Shown one piece after another: positions 33,835 to 42,596 of a stretch of 49,002 bases of DNA. Origin of the DNA: Candidatus Kerfeldbacteria bacterium. GTDB taxonomy: Bacteria > Patescibacteriota > Patescibacteriia > Veblenbacterales > UBA10138. Where the stretch lies: NCBI GenBank assembly GCA_016217875.1, contig JACRFN010000042.1, positions 1 to 49,002 of the forward strand, in the 5' to 3' direction. Positions within the stretch are counted from its first letter, which is position 1. Each line of letters starts with the position of its first letter. The notes beneath the pieces were generated by a model. It made no database searches. It worked only from the letters and a program-made list of their open reading frames with translations, and was not told the origin of the DNA. A program made the position numbers and the translations under genes.

Positions 33835-35760
33835 CTACTGATGTCTATTTGACTGATACCAGGAAAAGATTTCACGAGCCACCGGCACAGCTGCGCTGGA
33901 GCCTTCGCCGCCGTGTTCCAACATCACTACCACTATTATGGCCGGATTGGCATAGGGATAGTAACCGGCAAACCAGGCATGGGCAGCTGTCTTGGCCCCG
34001 GTTTGAGCCGTGCCCGTTTTGCCGGCCACTGGCAAGTCTCCGAGGCCGCGCGCACTGCCGACCGTGACTGTTTGGCGTAAGGCAGTGCGAATAATGGTTC
34101 TGACGCCGTCGCTTAAGCCGGTGTCAGCTATAGGCCGCGCAGCTTGAGCTGACACTTCGCCGGAAGGATAGCTTACCTGCCGCACCAAATGGGGCCAACG
34201 CAACTGCCCGTCGCCCGCCAGGGCCGCATAAGCTGAGGCTAACTGCAATGGTGTGACTGTCAGATGGCCCTGGCCGATAGAGACGTTGTAAGTGTCGCCG
34301 CGGTACCAGCGATCATGGACCGTGGCTTGTTTCCACAGGGGTGTAGGCACGAACCCCGCTCCTTCACCCGGCAGGTCCAGGCCCAAAGCTGTACCAAAAG
34401 CAAATTTGGCAAAATAACGAACTAAGGTAGTAATGCCCAAACCACGACGCTCATCCGTACCACCGCCGATTACGTAAAAAAACGTGTTAACCGATTCGGC
34501 CAGGGCCCGGTAAACATTGACTAGACCGTGTCCGCCGGCTTTCCAATCGGCAAAAAATTGATTGCCGGCTCTGACTCCGCCGGTACTTAAAACCGTCGTC
34601 TGCGAGGTAATCAAACCTTCCTCTAAGGCAGCAGCCGCCACAAACGGCTTGATAGTAGAACCAGGTGGATATTCACCGGCCACGGCCCGGTTGAATAGGG
34701 GCTTACGCTCGTCATTTAACAAATTTTTTAGCTGGCCGGTCTGCTGGCGCGCTATGGTAAATAAATTAGACTCGAAGCCGGGATAACTAACCAGGGCCAA
34801 AAGCTCAGCACTGCCCGCTTCTAGCACCACCACGCTGCCGCCGTAACGATTGCCAGTGGAATGTTTAACCGTCTGGGCTAGCGACTTATAAGCTATCTGC
34901 TGCAAGGCGCTGTCGATGGTCAGGGTCAAATTGGCGCCGGGTAACGAAGTCTGAGCGCTGTAAACTTTGCGTTCGTGGCCTGAGGCATCCACCTCAACCT
35001 CGCGCCGGCCTGGTGTGCCGCGCAACTGCTCTTCATATTGCAGTTCCAAGCCAGCTTTGCCAATAGTGTCGTTCAACTGGTAACGGCCGCGCGCGAGGCG
35101 ATATCGCTGGGGCGAGAGCTTGCCCACATAGCCTAGAATGTGGGACACGGCTTCACCGCCATAATACTGGCGTTCAGGCACTTCCTCCACGCGCAAACCG
35201 CGAGTGTTACTGACGGCGACCATTAATTGGAGAGTCAATTCTCGCGGTAAATGCTCAGCAATGACCAATGGTAGATATGAACGCACGCCGATTTTTGTTA
35301 AATTGTCCTGATCCAGCAGATCGGTCGACACTTCAGACAACAGACCGGATAAAAGGTCTTGCCGCTCAGTTTCATCGGTCGGTAAATCAGCTGGCACGGC
35401 CACCAGACGGAAACTGGCGATATTAGAAGCTAATAAACGACCATAACGATCAGTGATTTCGCCTCGCCGCGGTGAGAGTATTTCCATCCTGATGCGGTTG
35501 CCTTCAGCTACATCTCGCCAATACCAGCCTTGCACCCCTTGCAGATAAACAAGCCGCCCGACCAGCACCAACAAAGCCAAACCCATAACCAACCCCAGCA
35601 CTAAAGGCACGCGTAAGCTGATTACCCGACGCAAGCTGCCCAAGCCCGGCTCACCGAGCGTGGTGCCCTCAAAAGCCCGCCAAGAAAAACCATCGACATG
35701 GCGATCGGCAATATCGCCGCCGTATTCTTTGATAACGAATGGATCACGCGATCTGACCAT
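33835..35760 (-). CDS. mrdA: Penicillin-binding protein 2 (elongasome D,D-transpeptidase)
   Basis: STIKP (SxxK), SVN (SxN) and KTGTA motifs, and a position after mreBCD. Confidence 0.88.
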   Translation of the reverse strand: MVRSRDPFVIKEYGGDIADRHVDGFSWRAFEGTTLGEPGLGSLRRVISLRVPLVLGLVMGLALLVLVGRLVYLQGVQGWYWRDVAEGNRIRMEILSPRRGEITDRYGRLLASNIASFRLVAVPADLPTDETERQDLLSGLLSEVSTDLLDQDNLTKIGVRSYLPLVIAEHLPRELTLQLMVAVSNTRGLRVEEVPERQYYGGEAVSHILGYVGKLSPQRYRLARGRYQLNDTIGKAGLELQYEEQLRGTPGRREVEVDASGHERKVYSAQTSLPGANLTLTIDSALQQIAYKSLAQTVKHSTGNRYGGSVVVLEAGSAELLALVSYPGFESNLFTIARQQTGQLKNLLNDERKPLFNRAVAGEYPPGSTIKPFVAAAALEEGLITSQTTVLSTGGVRAGNQFFADWKAGGHGLVNVYRALAESVNTFFYVIGGGTDERRGLGITTLVRYFAKFAFGTALGLDLPGEGAGFVPTPLWKQATVHDRWYRGDTYNVSIGQGHLTVTPLQLASAYAALAGDGQLRWPHLVRQVSYPSGEVSAQAARPIADTGLSDGVRTIIRTALRQTVTVGSARGLGDLPVAGKTGTAQTGAKTAAHAWFAGYYPYANPAIIVVVMLEHGGEGSSAAVPVAREIFSWYQSNRHQ

Positions 35761-35763
35761 AAC

Positions 35764-36279
35764 TTACTGGATTTTAGGTTGACGCCGAGAGCCGGACGCC
35801 AACAATTTACGACCCAGTTGAAGCGACCACCAAATAATAAAACCCCAGGCGAACCAAGCCGCCAGCGACAGCACCGAAATGTGACTAGGCGGATCAAAAC
35901 TACCCCGGCCGCCGAGCCAGGCTAAAGCCAGCCACCACACCCGCCAAACACGCCACCATAAAAGCCAAACCCCGACCGTTAATAACTGTCCCAAACTTGT
36001 ACTGAAGGAAAGATGCGGCTCAATAAACTCCGCATAAGACCAGCCGGCTGCCAGTGACGTTAAAAAAACAAGCGGCCACCAGGGATTGGCTACCGTATCG
36101 ACCAACAGACTCGCTACTAAAATAGACACCGCGGCCGGAAGACGCCGCCCGCTCAGCCACCACCACAAGGGCAGTACTATCATCACTAGATCGGCATAAC
36201 CACCACCCCACGGGTCCAAAAATTGTCTTACCAGCCAAAGCCCGAAACCATAGGCCAGGGCCAACAACAGATTAAGCAT
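35764..36279 (-). CDS. mreD: Rod shape-determining protein MreD-like (polytopic membrane protein)
   Basis: 171 aa, highly hydrophobic and Trp-rich, located between mreC and PBP2. Confidence 0.6.
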   Translation of the reverse strand: MLNLLLALAYGFGLWLVRQFLDPWGGGYADLVMIVLPLWWWLSGRRLPAAVSILVASLLVDTVANPWWPLVFLTSLAAGWSYAEFIEPHLSFSTSLGQLLTVGVWLLWWRVWRVWWLALAWLGGRGSFDPPSHISVLSLAAWFAWGFIIWWSLQLGRKLLASGSRRQPKIQ

Positions 36280-36293
36280 TGATTAAAATAAGG

Positions 36294-37130
36294 TTAAGTT
36301 GGAGCCCGAGGCTGGAGCAGGACATAAAGAAATCTTAATCTATCTAAAGCCCAGGGCGGAGCTACGACAGCCGACTGAAAAAAGTCTCCAGGCTGGCGCT
36401 CCACGGCCGTAATTGAACCCAACAACAATCCAGGCGGAATAAGCGGCGACAAGTTGCTCGTGACCACAGCTTGTCCAGGGCTCAGGCCGTCGGTCAGTGG
36501 TATGAACTTAAGCCTAACGGCTAAATTGTACTCGCCTACGGCTAGACCATGGCTTTGTGTGGCATTCGCTACTTCAGCCAAAACCTGACTCTGGGTGGAT
36601 GTCATAATGGTAAAGGTAGAGATGTCCTGACCAACCGACCTAACCGTGCCGACCAGGACAGCTGTCGAACGATTCTCTTGGCCAGCGGCTGACTGCACCC
36701 CGGCTACTAAAGCCAAGCCAGGCACTAAGCCGTCACGCGAGCCACGATTAATAATATAGCTGGTGCCTGTTTCGTCCTGCCGTCGGCCGATTACTTCCAC
36801 GCCCAAGGGAGGAAACCGCGGCGGTAGCGGCAGGCCGGTCAAATTCCTGAGATGTTCATTTTCCAAACGTAGCGTATCGCGCTCTGATTCATAAGCCTTA
36901 AGCTGGGCCAGGCGCTGGCGCAATTCGTTATTTTCCCGCTGCAACTGCGGACCACTGAATAACGAACCCAAATTAAGTGATAGGCCGTTAACGGCGCGGG
37001 CGGTCGGCACCGTCAGCGGCTGAATCAAACCCTGAAGACGGCGCCAGAGACCAGTCAGAGCCAAGCCGGCTACCAGTGCCAACAGCACTAGAGTTAAAAC
37101 AACGCGACGTCTGACGACGTGACGCAGCAT
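36294..37130 (-). CDS. mreC: Rod shape-determining protein MreC
   Basis: An N-terminal TM, a coiled coil (NELRQRLAQLKAYESERDTLRLENEHLR), and a beta-rich C-domain, directly after mreB. Confidence 0.8.
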   Translation of the reverse strand: MLRHVVRRRVVLTLVLLALVAGLALTGLWRRLQGLIQPLTVPTARAVNGLSLNLGSLFSGPQLQRENNELRQRLAQLKAYESERDTLRLENEHLRNLTGLPLPPRFPPLGVEVIGRRQDETGTSYIINRGSRDGLVPGLALVAGVQSAAGQENRSTAVLVGTVRSVGQDISTFTIMTSTQSQVLAEVANATQSHGLAVGEYNLAVRLKFIPLTDGLSPGQAVVTSNLSPLIPPGLLLGSITAVERQPGDFFQSAVVAPPWALDRLRFLYVLLQPRAPT

Positions 37131-37152
37131 AACTTAGGGATGGAAGTAAATA

Positions 37153-38193
37153 CTAGGAACGAGTTGACGGTAAAAGCAGATCTCGTACATTCTCCAAATC
37201 CTCCAACACCACGCCCGTGCCTCGTACCACCGCGGTTAAAGGATCATCCACCACTTGCACCGGCACGACCAATTCCTGGGAGAGCAACTTGTCCAAGCCA
37301 CGCAACAGAGCGCCGCCGCCGGTCATGGTAATGCCGCGTTCGTAAATATCAGCCACTAGCTCAGGCGGCGTATTCTCAATGGTGTTTTTAACGTTCTCCA
37401 CTATCAACTTAATAACTTTTTGCATGGCCTCGCGTACCTGGCTGTCGTTAACCACCACCTCACGGGGTAGGCCTGTCATAACGTCACGTCCGCGCATACG
37501 CATCTCCAAGGGCTTGTCTAGTGGCAAAGCCGAGCCGATTTTCAATTTAATTTCCTCAGCCGAGTGCTCCCCCAACAAAAGGCCGAACTGGTCGCGGGCG
37601 TACTGAATAATATTCTCAGTCAACTCATCGCCAGCCGTACGCAAGGAGCGGGCCACCACCACCCCACCCAAGGAAATAACCGCGATTTCGGTGGTACCAC
37701 CGCCAATATCAACAATCAACTGGCCTGAGGGATCACGCACCGGCAACCTAGCGCCCAAAGCCGCCGCCATCGGCTCCTCCAGCAACAAAACTTCGCGGGC
37801 GCCGGCTGACAAAGCCGCATCTTCGACTGCTTTACGCTCCACTTCGGTGACCTCCAGAGGAATACCAATCACCACCCGCGGCCGGGGTGCCAGGGCATAG
37901 CTGTCACGATGTACTTTGTCAATAAAATACTTGAGCATCTTCTCCGCCACTTCAAAGTCAGAAATAACTCCGTCCACCAAAGGCTTAGTAGCGATAATGT
38001 GCGGTGGTGTCTTGCCGATCATTTTTTTGGCATCTTCCCCTACGGCTATAATCTGATCGTTGCGCGTATTGACAGCCACCACCGAAGGCTGATTTACAAT
38101 AATACCCTTATCTTTGACATAAACCAGGGTGTTAGCCGTGCCCAAATCTATACCAATGTCGCGACTGAAACGGTCAAAGATGAAATTGAACAT
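37153..38193 (-). CDS. mreB: Rod shape-determining protein MreB (actin-like ATPase)
   Basis: IGIDLGTANTLVY and VDIGGGTTEIAVISLGG; 346 aa. Confidence 0.93.
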   Translation of the reverse strand: MFNFIFDRFSRDIGIDLGTANTLVYVKDKGIIVNQPSVVAVNTRNDQIIAVGEDAKKMIGKTPPHIIATKPLVDGVISDFEVAEKMLKYFIDKVHRDSYALAPRPRVVIGIPLEVTEVERKAVEDAALSAGAREVLLLEEPMAAALGARLPVRDPSGQLIVDIGGGTTEIAVISLGGVVVARSLRTAGDELTENIIQYARDQFGLLLGEHSAEEIKLKIGSALPLDKPLEMRMRGRDVMTGLPREVVVNDSQVREAMQKVIKLIVENVKNTIENTPPELVADIYERGITMTGGGALLRGLDKLLSQELVVPVQVVDDPLTAVVRGTGVVLEDLENVRDLLLPSTRS

Positions 38194-38236
38194 ACGCCCT
38201 CAGTTTAGCCGACTGAAGGTACGCTGTCCAGACCTA

Positions 38237-39481
38237 TTAGCGAACACTAAACGTGTTCAGTAATTTATGAGTCCCAACTAGTTCGGCCTTGGCCGCTATC
38301 CTAGACTTTAACTCCACCTTATCCCCTGTTTTGGCGCTGACCACCGCCCGCCAGGGCAAACCAATCAAATCAGCGTCTTTGAATTTAATGCCGGCTGATT
38401 CATCGCGATCGTCATACAATACCTCAGCACCGCGGCTAGTTAATTCTTGGTAAAGGGCTTGAGCGCGCTCCAAGACTTCAGCTTCCTTACCCAAGGCGAT
38501 AAGATGCAAACGATAAGGTGCCACCGCCTCAGGCCACCTGATACCAGCCTCGTCATGATGGACTTCCACAATCGTGCCCATCACGCGACCCGGGCCGATG
38601 CCGTAGGATGCCATGACAACCGGTTTGGGAGAGCCATCCTCAGCTGTGTAGTAAAGCTTGAAATCTTCGGAAAATTTTGTGCCTAACTTGAAGATATTAC
38701 CTACCTCTACGCACTTACCTTCCTTAAACTTGTCTTGGCCGCAGGCCGAACATTGCTCTCCCACTTTACCTTTGGCTACTTCATGATTTTGCGCATATTT
38801 ACAACTAGAACAGTAAATGACGCGGTCTTCGCCCGCCTCGGTCAGCACCTGAAACTCATGCGAATACTTCTTGGTAAAAGCTCCCCCTGAGGCCTCCACT
38901 ACCATGGTCTCAAGCCCGCAACGTGAAAACACGTTCAAATAGGCCTGTTTTGCCTGCTCGTAATATAAATCCAAATCAGCCTCGGTGGCATGGAAACTAT
39001 ATAAATCCTTCATCACAAATTCGCGCAGACGAATAATGCCGCTTTTGGCCCTGGGTTCATGCCGGAATTTGGTCTGCAACTGGTAAACATAACGCGGCAG
39101 ATCACGGTAAGAGCTAATGAAGCGCTTGGCTATGCGCGTAATGGGCTCCTCGTGCGTCCAGGCCAGGCCTACGTCACTTGAACCCGCCTGCTCAAACTTG
39201 TACATTATTTGCTCAGGCGTATCCCAACGCTTGGTTACCTCCCACAGCTCTTTGGGCTGCAGGGAGGTCATGAGCAATTCCTCGCCGCCGATGGCATCCA
39301 TTTCCTGGCGGATAATCTGCTCAATCTTGCGGTGCACGCGAAGACCTAAGGGCAAAAACGAATACGCCCCGGCCATTTGCTTATCAATGAATCCGGCCTG
39401 GGTCAAAAATCTGGCATTGACCGATACCTCATCAGCCGAGACGTTACGGGAGGTTTTGGTGAAAAGTTTGGATTGGAGCAT
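38237..39481 (-). CDS. proS: Prolyl-tRNA synthetase, short bacterial-type form lacking the large INS editing insertion
   Basis: N-terminal SKLFTKTSRNVSADEVSVNARFLTQAGFI..GAYSFLPLG. The CSSCKYAQNHEVA..CSACG block directly precedes VEVGNIFKLGTKFS. The anticodon-binding C-domain is present. At 414 aa it is far shorter than the ~570 aa of INS-containing enzymes. Confidence 0.85.
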   Translation of the reverse strand: MLQSKLFTKTSRNVSADEVSVNARFLTQAGFIDKQMAGAYSFLPLGLRVHRKIEQIIRQEMDAIGGEELLMTSLQPKELWEVTKRWDTPEQIMYKFEQAGSSDVGLAWTHEEPITRIAKRFISSYRDLPRYVYQLQTKFRHEPRAKSGIIRLREFVMKDLYSFHATEADLDLYYEQAKQAYLNVFSRCGLETMVVEASGGAFTKKYSHEFQVLTEAGEDRVIYCSSCKYAQNHEVAKGKVGEQCSACGQDKFKEGKCVEVGNIFKLGTKFSEDFKLYYTAEDGSPKPVVMASYGIGPGRVMGTIVEVHHDEAGIRWPEAVAPYRLHLIALGKEAEVLERAQALYQELTSRGAEVLYDDRDESAGIKFKDADLIGLPWRAVVSAKTGDKVELKSRIAAKAELVGTHKLLNTFSVR

Positions 39482-39543
39482 GAAGTTACTGTAACAAAAG
39501 AAAGTTTAAAGCACAAAATTATACTAATCTCTTAAATATTAGA

Positions 39544-40365
39544 CTAAACACTTTCTCCATATTTGTTAATAAATTGTTGCCGCGACATAGCACCCAACAT
39601 CACATCCTGGCCACTAACATCCCTCTCATAATTTTTGTTTTCACGCGCTACTCTAGCAATAGACACGACTGATGCCCTTGATTGGGCGCCTACTTCAATG
39701 TCTGGAAATTTCTCAAACCCCAAACGTTCAGTAATTGGGTGTGACATCATCCAAGAAACGCCTATAACAGCTTTAATATCATCTCTTTGTTTTAATATAT
39801 CTACTACTTTACGAAAAGCAGTTCTCACATCTTCTAATCCTCTCGGCCCAACAGATTCCTCTGGCCAACTAATATCAAGAACATTATCGTGAATTGTAAT
39901 CTTTGTACTATCACTAAGCACAAACTCCCAATTAGATGGATGAATACTAGCTTCAAGTTTACCAAGCTCTACCACTTCTAATTTATGCCGACTTTCAACC
40001 TCATCTATACGCTTACGCACCTCAGAATTATAAACCGCATCATAAAGAAGGGGTGTGAACGATTCGAGTACACCATTAATAAATTCTTCTTTATTAGAAA
40101 ACTTAAGCTCTCGCACTGCCCGGACAAGACTTTGATAACGCTGATTTCCATATACAAAAGAGCTGTCTTCGGCACTACTTTCCTGTTCAAAAATTAGGTC
40201 AACTGGCAATCTCTGCGTCCTCTCGGCCTCCTCATATAACACCGTTGCCATACGGCGGATGCTAGCTATATTTTGCTCAAATTCCGCTCTTAATACAGCC
40301 GGATCATCAACCTGGTGTTCTACATTTGTTGATTCTTGGTGAGATGATATTTCTTGTTCGGGCAT
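39544..40365 (-). CDS. Hypothetical protein (273 aa) in a visibly AT-rich insertion
   Basis: An ORF with an acidic N-terminal half and no motif I recognise. It is bracketed by the proS 5' duplication. Confidence 0.55.
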   Translation of the reverse strand: MPEQEISSHQESTNVEHQVDDPAVLRAEFEQNIASIRRMATVLYEEAERTQRLPVDLIFEQESSAEDSSFVYGNQRYQSLVRAVRELKFSNKEEFINGVLESFTPLLYDAVYNSEVRKRIDEVESRHKLEVVELGKLEASIHPSNWEFVLSDSTKITIHDNVLDISWPEESVGPRGLEDVRTAFRKVVDILKQRDDIKAVIGVSWMMSHPITERLGFEKFPDIEVGAQSRASVVSIARVARENKNYERDVSGQDVMLGAMSRQQFINKYGESV

Positions 40366-40384
40366 TTCTAAATAACTTTTATAA

Positions 40385-40458
40385 TAACCCGACGTTCACT
40401 AATACTTCGTCGGACGACACATTGCGGGACGTTTTGGGAAAAATTTGGATTAGAGCAT
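40385..40458 (-). pseudogene. Decayed duplicate of the proS 5' end (start codon plus about 24 codons, with a stop and a frameshift)
   Basis: The minus strand reads ATGCTCTAATCCAAATTTTTCCCAAAACGTCCCGCAATGTGTCGTCCGACGAAGTA. The proS equivalent reads ATGCTCCAATCCAAACTTTTCACCAAAACCTCCCGTAACGTCTCGGCTGATGAGGTA. Similarity continues about 30 nt upstream of the ATG. Confidence 0.75.
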
Positions 40459-40526
40459 GCACTTAGGGTAGCAAAAATCAATTCAACTTACAACCCCATG
40501 TCTCCAGCACGCCATCTTTAATTCCT

Positions 40527-40556
40527 TAGTCTCTTAGTCGTGCGACTAGGAGACTA
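40527..40556. promoter_or_regulatory. 30-nt near-palindrome TAGTCTCTTAGTCG-TG-CGACTAGGAGACTA downstream of arsR copy 2
   Basis: One arm mismatch, which would be a G-U pair in plus-strand RNA. The first 19 nt are identical to 40845-40863. Confidence 0.55.
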
Positions 40557-40567
40557 TCAATAAGCGG

Positions 40568-40828
40568 TTAATGAAGGTGAGAAAGCAACGAGCGGAGAAT
40601 ATAGTGTTTATGATTCAAACGGCACCACACCTCTAGCGACTTTTGAGTACGCTCAACCAGGTCGCAATCCACCAGCTTTTGCACGTGCTTTGATGTGCTC
40701 TTGAGTGAGAGGCCGATACGGGCCGCGATATCGCTAACGGTCAATGGCTCATACCGCTCAAGATTCTGGATAATCTTGAGTCGCCGCTCGTTAGCCACCG
40801 CCTTGAGACACTTGGTCAACTCACGCAT
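40568..40828 (-). CDS. ArsR/SmtB-family transcriptional regulator (86 aa), copy 2
   Basis: LKAVANERRLKIIQNL..VSDIAARIGLSLKSTSKHVQKL. It has the same length and layout as the 29488-29748 protein. Confidence 0.85.
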   Translation of the reverse strand: MRELTKCLKAVANERRLKIIQNLERYEPLTVSDIAARIGLSLKSTSKHVQKLVDCDLVERTQKSLEVWCRLNHKHYILRSLLSHLH

Positions 40829-40844
40829 AAACGTAGTATAGCAC

Positions 40845-40874
40845 TAGTCTCTTAGTCGTGCGAGTTAGAGACTA
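40845..40874. promoter_or_regulatory. 30-nt imperfect palindrome TAGTCTCTTAGTCGTGCGAGTTAGAGACTA upstream of arsR copy 2, overlapping the ROK gene's 3' end
   Basis: It begins 17 nt upstream of the arsR ATG, the same spacing as at copy 1. It encodes the last residues (LVSNSHD-stop) of the upstream gene. Confidence 0.55.
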
Positions 40875-41520
40875 ATATCGGGCACTCAAATCTTCCATGA
40901 AGTTGTTCAAAAAAATCATGCTTCTTCCTCACTACTCCCCCACCAAACACAATTAGATCTGGCTGGTATTTTTTAATAATCGGCTCAAGTTTATGCGCTA
41001 AAAAATTTGCCAAGAACTCGGAACTACGAAAACGCACGCGCTGGTATTGCCTTTCCCAGGGCTCTTGGTGCTCAAAAGCCTTGATTGATTTAACCTGGCC
41101 ATTCTCGGCATAAGCGCGGCCAATGCCAGTGCCAATAGTAAAACCTAAAATTTGCTTGGCGCCGCGAGCCACACCTTGGGCCAGTTGGCGGCGCAAAAAC
41201 ATGCGGGCGTCGTTATCAACCGTGAGTTTATACATCTTTGGTACCACACGACGGAAATTATAATTCTTAAGGCTAGGAATATTACGGCAGTGCAACATCC
41301 GCGTACCGCTTACCACGCCAGCTACGCCAATATCAACCTGCCGCACCCGGCCGCGGATGGGTTGTAATTTTTTTATAAGAGACCCAAACAAGACTTCAAA
41401 CTTGGTTAAGCGCTTGGGCATACGTTCTGATACTTGTTTAACCACGCGCTGACCGCGCCTAAGCTCGCCTCGTATATAGGTACCGCCGATATCTAAACTG
41501 ATAACGTAATCATTTGCCAT
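40852..41520 (-). CDS. Short ROK/ASKHA-family sugar-kinase-like protein
   Basis: An N-terminal ISLDIGGTYIRG (phosphate-1 motif) and GIGRAY. It is shorter (222 aa) than typical ROK kinases, and the Zn-binding Cys motif is not seen. Confidence 0.55.
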   Translation of the reverse strand: MANDYVISLDIGGTYIRGELRRGQRVVKQVSERMPKRLTKFEVLFGSLIKKLQPIRGRVRQVDIGVAGVVSGTRMLHCRNIPSLKNYNFRRVVPKMYKLTVDNDARMFLRRQLAQGVARGAKQILGFTIGTGIGRAYAENGQVKSIKAFEHQEPWERQYQRVRFRSSEFLANFLAHKLEPIIKKYQPDLIVFGGGVVRKKHDFFEQLHGRFECPILVSNSHD

Positions 41521-41522
41521 AT

Positions 41523-41556
41523 AAACTATTCGCCTATTCGCACGAATTAGAGCCAG
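41523..41556. repeat. P1-related element, inverted copy of 453-486
   Basis: AAACTATTCGCCTATTCGCACGAATTAGAGCCAG matches the reverse complement of 453-486 at 32 of 34 positions. It lies immediately upstream of the ROK start codon. Confidence 0.75.
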
Positions 41557-41587
41557 GGTTAAATCTATAAACCATTAATCTAAAACA

Positions 41588-42088
41588 CTAATTGGAAAAT
41601 TGAAAATACAAATTGGTTCCATTCCAACCCACGGCGCCAGCCTGTAATACGCCAGTACCGCCGCCAGCAGTAGGAGTCGCCAGCTGCGACAAGATCACAG
41701 GCTCGGCCGCATTCTCCAAATTAGCGTAAAGCGCGCACTTCTGATCCTCACTGGATACTAGATAATGATAATTGGTCTGCTCATTACTGCCTGTTTTGGG
41801 GTCTTGGGGCGCCTGAGAAATAAAATTTGTTATTTGTGGGTAACGCACCTTAAGCTCGTCAAACAGGTCGGCTAAGTCATAATCTCCGCTACCTGAATTT
41901 GGTTGATAACACGAGCCGGCCAAAAACCGGCCAATTTGCGCCAGCTCGGCTTTTCGTTTGGCGTCGCGGGACCTAACTCTGGCCCGTGCCACGGCTACAA
42001 AAACAATGGTGCTCAAAACACCGATAATAGTTACAGCTACTAATACTTCAACCAAGGTAAACCCAGATCGTCGGCTTTGTGTTTTCAT
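41588..42088 (-). CDS. Type IV pilin / pseudopilin-like protein
   Basis: The prepilin N-terminal cleavage/methylation motif GFTLVEVLVAVTIIGVL after a short basic leader. Confidence 0.8.
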   Translation of the reverse strand: MKTQSRRSGFTLVEVLVAVTIIGVLSTIVFVAVARARVRSRDAKRKAELAQIGRFLAGSCYQPNSGSGDYDLADLFDELKVRYPQITNFISQAPQDPKTGSNEQTNYHYLVSSEDQKCALYANLENAAEPVILSQLATPTAGGGTGVLQAGAVGWNGTNLYFQFSN

Positions 42089-42167
42089 AGCCTACTCATC
42101 TTAACCCAAACTAATAAGTTCTAACCTACGATTGCTTTTCTTTATTCAATCGCTGCTTTATAATTTG

Positions 42168-42196
42168 AAAAAAATCGCTCGGGCGGGCCCCAGAGC
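42168..42196 (-). terminator. Probable terminator after the tRNA locus
   Basis: On the minus strand, GCTCTGGGGCCCGCCCGAGC (GC-rich hairpin) is followed by GATTTTTTTC. Confidence 0.5.
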
Positions 42197-42250
42197 AAAG
42201 CCTTCAGCTTGCTACAGGGCAGGCATGATTACCACGTCTCCCGCACAAAG

Positions 42251-42299
42251 CTCGGGGGCTTGGACTTGAACCAAGATTATCCCGCTCAGCGGGACGTCC
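42251..42299 (-). pseudogene. tRNA remnant: 3' acceptor strand, intact T-arm, and an anticodon arm with only a 5-nt loop; the 5' half is missing
   Basis: The minus strand reads GGAC-G-TCCCG-CTGAG-CGGGA-TAAT-CTTGG-TTCAAGT-CCAAG-CCCCCGA-G. No matching TCGGGGG 5' acceptor strand or D-arm lies upstream. Confidence 0.5.
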
Positions 42300-42340
42300 T
42301 ACTTCACCTTGCCAAATTTATAGTTCACTTTTATACAAAG

Positions 42341-42411
42341 CTGGGAGACATGGATTCGAACCATGATTACCGCGTCCAGAGCGCGGCGTCCTACCATTAG
42401 ACGATCTCCCA
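42341..42411 (-). tRNA. tRNA-Gln (anticodon CUG)
   Basis: Manual cloverleaf: acceptor TGGGAGA/TCTCCCA, D-arm GTCT-AATGGTA-GGAC, anticodon arm CCGCG-CTCTGGA-CGCGG, variable TAAT, T-arm CATGG-TTCGAAT-CCATG, discriminator G. CCA is not encoded. Confidence 0.85.
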
Positions 42412-42596
42412 GCTCTGGGTAAAAGTGCCCTTAAAGCTCCTTAAATGAATCCCCCCTGTGGCAAGGCCACAGGGTATCCTAGATTTTTTGATTCATCACC
42501 CCCGCCATAGGCGAGGCTCCGCCGCAGCAGGACCGTGAGCAGGCAGGTGGCGGAGGGTGATAAATTAAGGTGCAAGAACCAGCGGTAGACTGGACC

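Noticed and set aside
42209-42400. 63-aa plus-strand ORF
   Set aside because: It overlaps tRNA-Gln and the tRNA remnant on the opposite strand, so it is an artefact of the stop-free tRNA sequence.
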